Shown piece after piece: positions 27,301-38,546 of a stretch of 64,000 nt of DNA (its first letter is position 1; each line of letters begins with the position of its first letter). Below the pieces are notes generated by a model. It did not search any database. It worked only from the letters and a program-made list of their open reading frames with translations, and was not told the DNA's origin. Source of the DNA: Takakia lepidozioides (lineage: Eukaryota; Plantae; Bryophyta); NCBI GenBank assembly GCA_030704615.1, contig CM060731.1, positions 40,548,001 to 40,612,000 of the forward strand, in the 5' to 3' direction. Made by a program: the position numbers and the translations under genes.

Positions 27301-27753
27301 CTAAGCAACGCAGAGTGCGGAGTACACTTCCCTCAATGGTCTCTCTGCCTACCGAGACGGTATAGGCAGTGAGTGGGGGCGAGCATGTGAGGACCACGGG
27401 GTGCATGCATCCATGGCACACGTGGGAGGTGCTCGAGGTTCAGAGAGAGTTGGCAGCCAAGGCGGCTGTGATGGATGAGGTTGGGGATTCTTCTCGGGTT
27501 GAGGAGGTCCTCAAGGATGAGATGATGGGGCTAGGATGAGGCCTTGTCATTGACTGAGCAGGCAAGGAGTACTGCTCAAGAGGTTGCAACATAGCAACCA
27601 CTGGACGCGTCCTCTACCTCTAAGCCCACTGGACTTAAGGTTGCAGTTACGGAGGACAATTGGGAGCCTAACATTGGATCCATTTTCACCGGAGGAGAGA
27701 GACGACGTACACGGCGGTTCCTAAGGGTTTACAGGAATTGCTTTACCTTCAGT

Positions 27754-29343
27754 TTGAAGGACTTGGGAGCACTGAAGGGTCAAGAGATCCGTATTGAGTT
27801 GGCCACTGACACGCCAATCTTTCGGAGACCCTATAGATATAGTGACATGGAGAGGTCTTTGATTCAGATGAGGACTCAAGATCTCTGGGAGGCAGGTTTG
27901 GTGGAGCTCTCTGGTGGAGAGTATGCTTCAGCCACAGTGATGCCAGCCAAGAAGGATGTCTATGGCAATTGGACGGAGAGACGTATGTGCGGTGATTACC
28001 GGCCTGTAAATCGTCAGACCAAGTCCGATAAGTATGCCATGCCAACACCAGAGGAGATCTTTGATGCCATCGGGCATGCTAAGGCCTTTAGCACTTTGGA
28101 TTTACGATCCGGATATCACCAGTTGCCAATCAAGGAGGCGGACAAGCAGAAGACGACATTCTGGGGGATCAATGAGCACGACAAGGATTGCCTATATCAG
28201 TGGCGGTTCTTACCATTTGGGCTTAAGAATGCTCCTGCAAAGTTTCAGAGAGTCATGGATAGGATTCTAGCAGGGGTGGATTTTGCTCGGTGCTACATAG
28301 ATGACATCATCATCTTTAGTGTTACGATGGAGGAGCATGAGAGACACCTTCAGGTGGTATTGGAGCGCTTGAGAGCGCACGGATTGAAGTTGCATCCGGG
28401 GAAGTGCAAGTTTTTCCACAACCAGATTGAGTATCTGGGTCACATGATATATCCTGGAGGATTGGGGGTACAGCAGACTAAGGTAGAGGCCATTGCACAA
28501 ATTCCACGCCCCACGGATGTGAGCCGAGTTCGAGCTTTCATGGGGTTGGCAAACTATTATAGACGGTTTGTCAAGGGATTTAGTACCATTGCAAAGGCTC
28601 TAACCAAGCTGACCAAGGTGGACCAGGAGTGGCAGTGGGAAGATGAGCAGGAACGAACTTTTCAAGAGCTCAAGGCGAGGTTGACCTCGGCGCCTATCCT
28701 GAGACGACCTATTAGGGGGCGTCCCTTTCAGCTGCATACGGATTGGAGCATGCTGGGGCTTGGAGCGGTGCTCACACAGGTGGATGATGAGGGAAAAGAG
28801 TTCGTAGTGGCTTATGCTAGCCGCTCGAACAACGCTGCAGAGGCTAAGTACAGCTCATATGAGGGAGAGTGCTTAGCTGCAGTGTGGGCCGTGGCACACT
28901 TCAGGTGCTATCTATACGGCAATCTTTTCACCCTTGTCACGGATCACCAGCCACTCAAGTGGTTGATGGAGTCATACAAGCTTACGGGGAAGCTTGCACG
29001 GTGGGCACTCATACTCCAGGAGTATGACTTTCAGGTTGTGCATCGACCAGGTTTGGTCAATCGGGATGCGGATGGATTGAGTCGCAATCCATGCATGAGC
29101 CAGCAGGATGACACAGGAGCTCGGTGGCATGGTGAGACGGACGAGGAGATGGTGCCGGGATGGCACGCATTTGCATTTTTGTGTATCTTGGCATCGGGAG
29201 GTCAGGTTGGACCTACAACAGGGATGACTGTAGACGGAGTGTCTGAGGACCCTGAGGCTAGTGATGAGCCAGGTGGTGCCAGAGATATGAGGATTTTGCT
29301 GTGTTGGACTACCTCCGCACGGGAGATACGGCAGCCACTGTGA
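27754..29343 (+). pseudogene. Ty3/Gypsy reverse transcriptase and RNase H
   Basis: RMCGDYRPVN, FSTLDLRSGYHQ, LPFGLKNAP, YIDD (28294), YLGH, FMGLANYYRRFV. RNase H HTDWS..GLGAVL, YSSYEGECLAAVWA, TDHQPL, NRDADGLSR. Confidence 0.95.
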
Positions 29344-29414
29344 CTGCCAGGGAGAGGGATCGGATCCTGCAACGAGCCAAGAGGTTCAAGTGGGAGGGGA
29401 TACACCTACTTTGA

Positions 29415-30725
29415 GTGTGGGAGGATGGTCGGGTGAGGATTGTGCCTCACCCCACACAGCGTGCACGGTTAGTGCGGCATGCCCATGAGGAGTTGGGGCA
29501 TTTTGGAGTGCGACGCACTCACAGTTTACTGCAGGGGCAGTATTGGTGGCGTGGTATACATACAAAGGTGCAACAGTTCGTGGCTAGGTGCATGGTGTGT
29601 GACAGGGTGCGTGCTTCATTCAACGCCCCTACACCACAGTTGCATCATTTACCAATCATGGGATTGGGCTACAGGTGGAGTCTTGACTTCGCAGGACCGT
29701 TGCCACTGACTATGCGCCACCACAGATATGTGTTGGTGATGGTGGAGCACTTCTCCAAGTGGATTGAGTTGGTTCCATTGCCTGACAAGTCTAGTGAGGG
29801 GGCTGCGTATGCATTCTTGGATCTTGTGCTTAGCCGATTTGGTGCTCCAGCTGAGGTACTCACGGACCAAGGGAGAGAGTTCTTGGGGGAGTTTCAGGCT
29901 TTGTGTGATAAAGCCTTGATAGACCACCGCACCACTTCTCGGGATCATCCTGAGGCCGATGGCTTAGCAGAGAGAGTTGTTCAGACGGTGAAGAGGGGTT
30001 TGCGCAAGTATGGCTTGCAGAAGAGACACCTAGGAGATTGGGATCTTCAGGTTCCTTGGTTAGCCATGGGCTACAGGTTCAACAAACAAGCATCACTTGC
30101 CTCCTTCTCACCATATTTCTTTCTCTTTGGCCGAGAGCCGGATTTGCCTGCAGCCATTTGTAGGGACACTACTCAAGTCTTTAACCTTGACGATCCGGAT
30201 GTGTGGGTACGTGCATGTGATCAGCGTGCAGAGTTGTTCAAGAAAGTCATGCCCATGACTTTTGAGAACCTTGCCATTGCACAGCATCGTGATACGTTGA
30301 GGTATGCCACTATACGTGGTGGAGGATATCGTCCTGGGGTTCGGAGGGTTACCCCTGGTGACTATGTTTATTTGCAGCAGACTGCTCGTACGACTCTGGA
30401 TGTTACTGCAAGGCGTGTTATTCTGAGGGTTCGAGAGGTGTTGCCCTCAGGGGTCCTGATCTTAGAAGGTCGGGATGGCATGACTTGGAAGGACCATGTG
30501 CGTAATTGTGTGCCATGTCACCTTCCCAATGTCGATGGCAGAGTTGACCCAAACTTGGCAGTGGTACTTGCAGGTTTGAGGTGCATGCTCTGTGGGTCTG
30601 CCAAAGGGGCAGCCACCATGCTGGTGTGTGATCGATGCTCAAGGGGTTGGCATATGGGATGCTTGACACCACCTCTTGAGAAGGTTCCTGACGGAGATTG
30701 GTTGTGTCCACACTGCTTGGGATAG
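29415..30725 (+). pseudogene. DDE integrase with C-terminal PHD finger
   Basis: HHCC (HEELGHFG...CMVC), D (WSLDFAGP), D (LTDQGREF), E (GLAERVVQT). C4HC3 PHD CMLC...CDRC...HMGC...CPHC at 30582-30716. Confidence 0.93.
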
Positions 30726-31166
30726 TGGCAGTGGACATGACTGGAGGCAGCTAACAAGACATGGGAGGCCAAGCTCATATGAGTCAATACATGAGATCCC
30801 AAGCTCAAGTTCACAGGTTGCAAGACGGCGACTAACGATGGGGCAACTCTTGCACCCGGCCTCTTGATCTATCGAGTTTGAGTGTAGTAGGGATAGTGGT
30901 GGAGGACTTAGTGAGGCTATGGTCACTATCACATCTTGTGGCTACCTGGACTAGTGGACTAGTGACTGCCATAGTGGGCAGCATAGTGGCAGCCTAGTGA
31001 CTGACTAGTTGTAGCCTAGTGGTTGGACTAGTGGCTGGACTAGTGGTGGACTAGTGGTATACTAGTGTGTGGTGTGCACATGTGTTGTGTGGTTTTGGAC
31101 AGCGATGTAGTTGTGTAGCGATATGTATGCGCACGACACGCATCATGGAGAAGCGAAATAGGTCTA

Positions 31167-32651
31167 CCAGCCCTTGTGAGCACTCATTCAAGCGTTTCCC
31201 TTGGCCATAGCATCTGTCTTAAAGCATATTCCAGCCCCCTATACCTGCCACTTCAAGAGCCATGCTCTATCTAGACTTGAGGTTGAAACCCCAACTCAAA
31301 ACACGCTCTACAAGTGTTGGACTGTCACGTAAGAGCAGATCAGCCCCTTACCTTCTCTTCTAGTCCTCTAAAGCTTGAAAACAAAAGCCCAATGGACTGA
31401 AGGCATGCTCCACACATGCCCCACTCTCACCACCAGAGAATCAGCCCCTTTGCTTTCTTTCTTGCACCCACCAACCTGAAAATACACGCTTCAGCGGGCT
31501 GGAAGCATGCTCCACACATGCCCTACATGGAAACCAGCCCCTTCCTTCCTTTCTTGGTTGCCCTTCAAGCTTGAAGATGGAAGCTTCAATGAGCTGAATA
31601 CATGCTCCACACATGCAACCTCTTCACACAAGAGGTATCAGCCCCCTATCTTGGCTCCTTAGCTCCTTGATGCTCTCTAAGACAAGACTAAGCACTCCAC
31701 AACCCTTGCCAAGCTCTTGAAACCCTAAGGCTTACATTTCCAGCCACAAGACACTCCTCTTGTGGTGCAAGAGCTCTTCTTCCAAGCTCTGAAACCCTAG
31801 GTGCACATTCCATGGCCTTGCCGCACCTCTTAGCTCATGTTCCAGCCCTGCTCTTGCCATGACAAGAGCCCTCTCAATGCTGAAGCTCGAGATTGAAACC
31901 CAATCTCAGCATACTCCACAAAGTGCACTGATTTGCCCCAAGCCAAATCAGCCCTTTCGCTTGGTCTTGCAATCCTTCACACAATGAAAGCTCGCATTCC
32001 CAAGTCCAGTTCTCAGCTTTGCCACCAAAGCCACTATAACCTGCTCTTGACTGGTCCTCTTCCCAATCGTGCTTGCTCATGCATGTACACAATTTGAAAC
32101 CATCAAGGTGCTCTGGAATTACCTGCAGCATTGTGCTTGAAGCTGAAGATCGAATGCCAAGGTCTACCACCTCGTAATCCACATCGCCTCCGCTTCTAAC
32201 AACCAAGAGCTCCACGGTGCTCCTTGCATAACAACCTGGTTTCTCTCATTCTCAAGCAAAAACCACAAAGTGCTACAACTAACTCATATCTGGCACTCAT
32301 AGATACGAGCTCATCTTTCTCGAGTGATAAAGAAAAAGAATACAAGCACAAGCTCATGCGAGCTCACAAAGTTGAAGCATAAACTCATGCATATATAACC
32401 TCATCACTCAAATACAAGTCAAGCCAAGTGCACCCCACGCCATGGGGAATCCACACTACGGCGCCATAGCTAGGCGCGGTGAGGCTCAACTCGAGAAAGA
32501 TGAGCCTCCCGCGCTTGCCGTGAAGATAACCACTCCAGGGCCTAAATCTGCCTTGACCCCTGGATTGACACTTGGGCCAATCTCAAATGTCATTATGTAA
32601 AAGCTAGCTATTTTCTAGCTAGTTTCACACTAGTGGTAAAATAACTTGACA
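31167..32651 (-). repeat. Right long inverted terminal repeat (about 1.49 kb)
   Basis: Reverse complement of 22075-23665, lacking one of the internal roughly 95 bp modules. Confidence 0.93.
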
Positions 32652-33149
32652 CCAGCTACCACGCTTCCCGCACAACAAACTCTCAATAGCAGCTTTTACG
32701 CTTCCACGCAAAACATCTTCTCAAGTACAGCAGCTTCCACGCTTCCCTCTATGTTTGTATATTTTCGTTACCAGAATCTATCAAAAAGTTGATAGATCTC
32801 CTAAACTCACTTTGACTTCGACTCACTGCCACTCTTCCAAGAACAACCTTAGGCAACCACAGACGTTCGTCCCTGTCTGGAGAATCACAACATTTCGGCT
32901 TACTCATTGTATGGGCCAACCTTTTGTGCTTTGTTCTCTCCGGATGGTTTATTGGATAGATTAGATACAATGAAAGTTATCAATTTTTGAATATAAAGTC
33001 ACAAAGCAAAATCGAAATGCATCTCATCTTCAATTTCAGACAAATTCTTGCTTATATCGTTATAGATTCCATCCAATGTCTTAAAAATGCAAAATAAACC
33101 TAACACATAAAAACATAAACGAATATTGTTAAACAAGATATAACGCAAA

Positions 33150-34501
33150 AGCATTGGTGATGCAATTCCCCATATATCTTCTTATCATCGAAATGTTATA
33201 ACGGGAGCATTTGGGATTCTTTTGGTACGCAATGTCGGTGACATATGCGATAGTAAAACACCACATGAAGATGAGTAAGATCGTTGCATTGTGTTAGCAT
33301 AGGTGTAGTTTAGGTGTCACCTCGATGGCATCAACTTTTGTAAGTGATGAATAATGTCAAGAGGTAGAATATTTGAAATTGGTTTGTTGGAATCGTATAT
33401 AATGCATTGGTATTCAAAATCACGATGATGTGTAAGTGTCAATACCTAATGATGATTTCCATTGACAAATAAATGTTGTAGGCATTTACTAGTATAATTA
33501 GAGCGTCTATATAGACTTGCATAAGAACATTGTTGTTCATATTAACCTTGTACTTGGAGTTGGTTGTGATAAAGGATTTGCATGCCAGGCTACACCCATC
33601 TATTCATCGCTTAGCCATTGTGTTGGATCTAAGAGGATTATTTCGTGTTCTTGGGTGCAAAAAAACACTATTCCAATATATGAGATTTTGTAGAATATGA
33701 GTTTGAGGTTTGTAAGTAGGTTTTAATCATTCATTGTGGTGGATCCGTTTTATGGACCATTGGATTTGGTTGCAGCTTTTATGATAGGGGATTCCTTAGG
33801 TACACTATTATTTTTATTGGATGCTATTGGTTGGAATTCTTGTTCAAGGGGTGGTTTTGTTGTTGTATATTTGTTGCTTTCAGTGCTGAATTTGGAACTT
33901 TTAACATCTTCAACTTGAATGTTGCAAAGTATGATTAGCCGTTCTAACTTACGTAGGCGGGAAAGTGTAACATATATTATGTAGGCTAAGTGGTTTTCCA
34001 TCTGGTGGTTTTTGGAGGTCGATAATGAGGTGGTTGTATGTTTGGCCCTGGCCTTTATAGTCTGTTAGGCAAAATGTGGGTATTAATGGGAGTTGGCATC
34101 GACTGATTTTGAAGCTTTTGTTGTGTTTGAATTCATTGGTAGGGTGTACGTATAACATGATTCTCGTAGTCGGATGGACGGGCACCACATTTTTGGGTAG
34201 TCCTTCTAGATTGATTTTATTCAATAAAGGATGTGTCATGATGAATTCAGAAAAATCTATGAGAACTTGTGTGTATGGTGCATTTCTTTGCCATCCACAT
34301 TGTCAAGCAATAGTTCATGTATCTTTCATACGTCATGACAACTAGCATGTAGCCCAGTGGTAAATGGTCACATACCACATTGGATGAGGTTGTGGGTTCA
34401 AACCACGGTTTGGTATGTCATGAAGGTGTCCACCTTTCAGCTGGAAGGTAGTAGCCCTTGTGGTGAAGACGTGCCATAAGTTTCGCTCCCTTCCGGAGGC
34501 G

Positions 34502-34547
<46 letters not shown>

Positions 34548-35295
34548 TTTTTCCTACATCACTATTCACAAGTCCTAGGTGCATATATAGTAGTATACCG
34601 GTGTTTGTTGATTTAGGTAGTGTAGTAGTGTTGTTTAATTTGGGGGATATAGTTGTGTTTTTTGAACCGGGTAGTGGGGCCATGTTTGTTAATTTAGTTA
34701 GAGTATCTGGGTGTGTTATTTCGGGTACTATAACAGTGTTTATTTAAAATTTAGGTGGTGTTCGGCGGCGCAGGTAGCTAATTGTGGTTGGCAATTTAAG
34801 AGTAAGGGTGATGAAACAGCCCATATATACTAGGATTATCGGATAAGTGACAACTTGCCTCAGAAAATGGCCCCAGTCTAGGATAAGGGCTGCCTTGATG
34901 TGGGATCTAGGATAATTATAGGTATATTGATAATTAACTCTCCAAACTTTCCGTAGCCTTGGGTCCCAACGGCGTCAATAAGATGGTATTGGGGTAGTTC
35001 TTGTGACTGTTTTCTGGGGTGTATAAATTGTGTAATTTGGTTTGTCTTGATAGCATCGTAAAGCACCGTTCATATTTTTCCTTTGTTATTTGACGCCCCT
35101 CCACGCAGAAAATAGGCTGCAGCATCGGACGCATCTTACGAATCCGTAAGATCCTCCCAGCTTGGTCGGACACATCTTACACTTTGTAAGATGCATCCGA
35201 CAAGAAAAATCTGAACGGTGCTTCACGAAACGGAAGGCCCCAGCCCGCGGCAGCCAACCCTCAAATCGCGGAATGCCCTCGGGCTGGGGCCTTCC
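33150..35295 (-). mobile_element. Helitron-like relic: PIF1 helicase C-terminus followed by a Ulp1/C48-like protease, with hairpins at the far end
   Basis: RCQLPLIPTFCLTDYKGQGQT...(I)YVTLSRLRKLERLIIL (34239-33930, frameshifted). Downstream HLFVNGNHH*V, CIIYDS and SCGV(F)TIAYVTDIA (33500-33200, frameshifted). Perfect 16 bp stem at 35232-35295. Confidence 0.7.
34345..34545 (+). mobile_element. tRNA-derived SINE-like insertion with (TA)n tail
   Basis: A-box TAGCCCAGTGG (about 34350), B-box GGTTCAAACC (about 34395), ending in about (TA)20 at 34505-34545. It interrupts the Helitron relic. Confidence 0.6.
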
Positions 35296-35583
35296 CTATC
35301 ACATAATGATATTTAAAAATTAGCCTATTTGTTGCAAATGTTTTGATTTGTTGTGTGTTTATAGTGAATAATTATTTTCCCTACAAATATTCACTATTTG
35401 TTAATTTGCAAAATGTTATGTTATGTTATGTTATGTTATGTTTAAAAAACAAAAAAGAGAACAGGGGGTTTTTAGGTTTGCCTAGGTCCACTCCCATAAA
35501 TGCCTGATGGCCAAAAATACTGTCATCACCATTCATGGACTTTCCAAAGTGGAACTCTTGTCATCACAACGGGCTGCTGGCAC

Positions 35584-36690
35584 CTTCTACCATGTGACCA
35601 ACGCTGACAAGGTCCTCAATGTCATGAATCTCGTTGGAACCTCCCTTTTGAAGCGATGAATGTGTCTTCAGTTTGGTCACATTCCTGGAGAAAAGCTAAT
35701 GGATTCTGGTTCAGGGATTTGAGCAAGCGCAAATTCCAGAACCTCTTGCAAACACACCACTACTGGCATAAATACATGTGGGTAACTTGCCCAGAGTCAG
35801 CTAGTCATGGGGAGCAACACATTTTAAATCCAGAAGCTTGTAACTTATCAGACATACTCATGCTCCTATGCCAAAGTGCATAGTTGCACAGAAAACAATG
35901 ATGCTAAAGTCTGTGACAAGTACAACTCAAATGCTCACAACCTTGATTCTCAATCACAAAGAAGAAAAATTCAGACACGCATAGTTTCTTTTTACATTCT
36001 CTGGAGCCATATCAAGCAAACACACCCTAGATGTGGAAAAGAGAACTAAAAGATAGGCAAGTGATGCCAACCTGCTAATTACTAGGCTCACTTGAATTGG
36101 GGGCAACATCTCAGTGTCCTTCAGTAGAATTGTGCTGCAAAAAGATCAGCGTAGAGCCAGTCAACGCCCTATACCTGTATGCGTTGAAAGGCATGCAACT
36201 TGCCAAGCTTCTTCTATTGCAGTAACTCCGCACATAGGGAGCACATAGGGAGGAGCAAGTCCTCATCTACATTCTTCATCTCCAAAACCTGTCTGCTGGT
36301 GCAGTAATGCCTCCTTGCTGCCTGCACATGAAGTCATTCCAGCAAGCTCAAGCAGCTGAGAAGATCATGAGCTGAGGAGCTAGAGCAACAACTCAAGCAG
36401 CACACAGAGGATTCAGTTGGTCGAGTCAGACCACATGAAGTACACGAAATCATTTATCTATGGTTGCCACTCACCAGCACTGCCATGAGGACTCGGTACT
36501 TAGTCTTGCGAAATTCACGAATGACTTGAGTAATTTGTGAATGAGTCCTCCTGCAAAGATGTGTCAGTTAAAATTATAATGGACTCCCTGCTACCATAGT
36601 GCAAGTACTTCATTGTTTGGGACTTTTTTCTCTATTTTTTTTAAGGTGCAGAGACCTCATAATGACGTTGAAAAGCCAAGGAAGAGCATA
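35584..36690 (-). pseudogene. FANCJ: FANCJ/RAD3-family Fe-S helicase fragment
   Basis: Exons LCSSLAFQRHYE, RTHSQITQVIREFRKTKYRVLMAVL (about 36550-36475), AARRHYCTSRQVL..NVDE (contains a stop) and NVTKLKTHSSLQKGGSNEIHDIEDLVSVG (about 35685-35585). Remainder of the gene absent. Confidence 0.75.
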
Positions 36691-38546
36691 ATTTGCCAAA
36701 CGAAGCCCGACTTCTGACCCTCAGCAATCTACAAAGAACGAGGAATACAACCGCCTTGCAAGGCTCAATGGTCTATTGCCAAGGATGCAATAGCATCTGC
36801 ATTTCCACAGATGCAATCGAGTTAAAGCCCTAAGGGTGCACCAAATCCGGCAGTTAGAAGCCAAAGAGTTACTGTAATTGAGCAAAAGGGGCTACGAAAA
36901 TCCAGCTGTGGGACTTCGATTCCAGTACCTACAAACTGGGTAAGCAGTTTTGTAAATTGATCTCCTGTGCTGGATGAAAATGGAGAATGAATATCGATCA
37001 ATATGTCAATATCATACTGCAACTTTCACCAGAAAATCACGACCCCCAGTAAGCTTGCAGGGGCCCTTGTTCAACCTTTCTCAGATCTAAAACTTACTTT
37101 TATGCCTCCTTTTCACTGGCTTACTCTTGCTCTTAAATAGTCGCTTAGGTAGAGAGGCTCGGGACAAAGGCAAAAGCTGGACTCCGCAGGTGCCGGGGAG
37201 TTTTCTTCTCGTTTTCTTTCTGATTTCTTGTTGTGCCTGGTGGAAACTTTGGATTTTTTTTGTGCGGATACCCTCTTATTGTTATTCATTCAATCTCCGA
37301 CACTTCTCTCTTCTCCCTGTTTGTGGTGTGGTTACGGTCAGAACCGCTCCCAATGTTTGGAGGTGCATACTCACTATAAGTGGATGTTGTCTGAGTTCTT
37401 GCAGAAAATCCTGAAAGTGGCCAAAATCAATGGGAATCCAATTCCCTTGAAAGCCATGTTGATGCTATTTAGCATGCCTGTTTGATTCATTGGTCAACAT
37501 CGTGTGTTTGAGCAGAGTAGGTGAAGTTGAAGTAGAGGGGGTTTGCAGGTATGGGGCCCAAGAGTACCTCTCTCTTCAGACAAGGAAATCTACAGAGATT
37601 GTTTTTTCCTACATTTCAGACGTGTGTAGTCCATGTCACTCATTGTCTGTTTGATCAAAAAAATTCAGAGATGATAAACAGACGCCTAGGGGTGGTCATT
37701 CAACCTGACATGAGGCCAGTAGTTGTCACAGATTTCTTTTACAAAAAGCATATCAATAATGAGGCAGCTGCTGAAAAGCTGTTTAGCCAACCAAATCTGT
37801 TCTTGACCCATATTTCCGCTACCGGTTTCAGAGTTGATCTTGCTATGTTGAATAAGGGCATTCTAGGATAACTTTCTAAATGCTTCTGCTTGACATAGAG
37901 GCTTAGCATCTGACATGAGCTCTCTTGTATTGACCAATATTCGATGTTGATTTTTCACCACTGTACTTGGTGAAGTCTGGTTGTAACATTTCTCCTTGCA
38001 TGACATGCATTTGAAAATGATTTCTGTGTCTACTCTCCTCATTTATTGCTGGGGATATGAGAGGTTTGCTGAAGCACTGAGGTGCGTGATTTTTTATTCT
38101 AGTCTGTGGACAATTGGGAAACTTGCAATATAAGGGGTACTCTTGGACCACTTTGGGAGTTGCATGTCATCCATGCCGGAATGTATGTCTTTGTTCAGAT
38201 GACCGTTCACCACTCTTCGATCTGGAAATAGTCTGGAATTCAATTCGTCCAGCAATCATCAGATCACAGTGCAATGCACTGCTGGGTCCAAGACAAGGAA
38301 GAGATGATAGTACCATAAGCAAATTGCTGCACATCGGAAGAGGAAGCCATGTTGGGTGTGTGCAAGTGGTGCATTGCAACCTTCACACTCGATCCCAACA
38401 CTCCTAAATCTTCCCATGACTGACTAAGACATGCCACATCTCTATGGACTTGTGAACTACGGAGAGAATATGCAGGATCCGAATTAAGTTCATTGGATTC
38501 CATGCTCCAAGTTCGATGGGAGACCCTCAAGTACACCATTGATGTA

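Larger units (their letters stand above)
22075..32651 (+). mobile_element. Ty3/Gypsy-type retroelement carrying a C5 DNA methyltransferase and PHD finger, bounded by long inverted repeats (decayed copy)
   Basis: Termini TGTCAAGTTATTTTACCACTAGTG... and ...CACTAGTGGTAAAATAACTTGACA are reverse complements. Internal Gag-PR-DNMT-RT-RH-INT-PHD. No target-site duplication seen. Confidence 0.88.

Noticed and set aside
22075-32651. Classification as a DIRS/Ngaro element
   Set aside because: It encodes a DDE integrase and aspartic protease, not a tyrosine recombinase, and the methyltransferase is C5-cytosine type, not the adenine type of DIRS.
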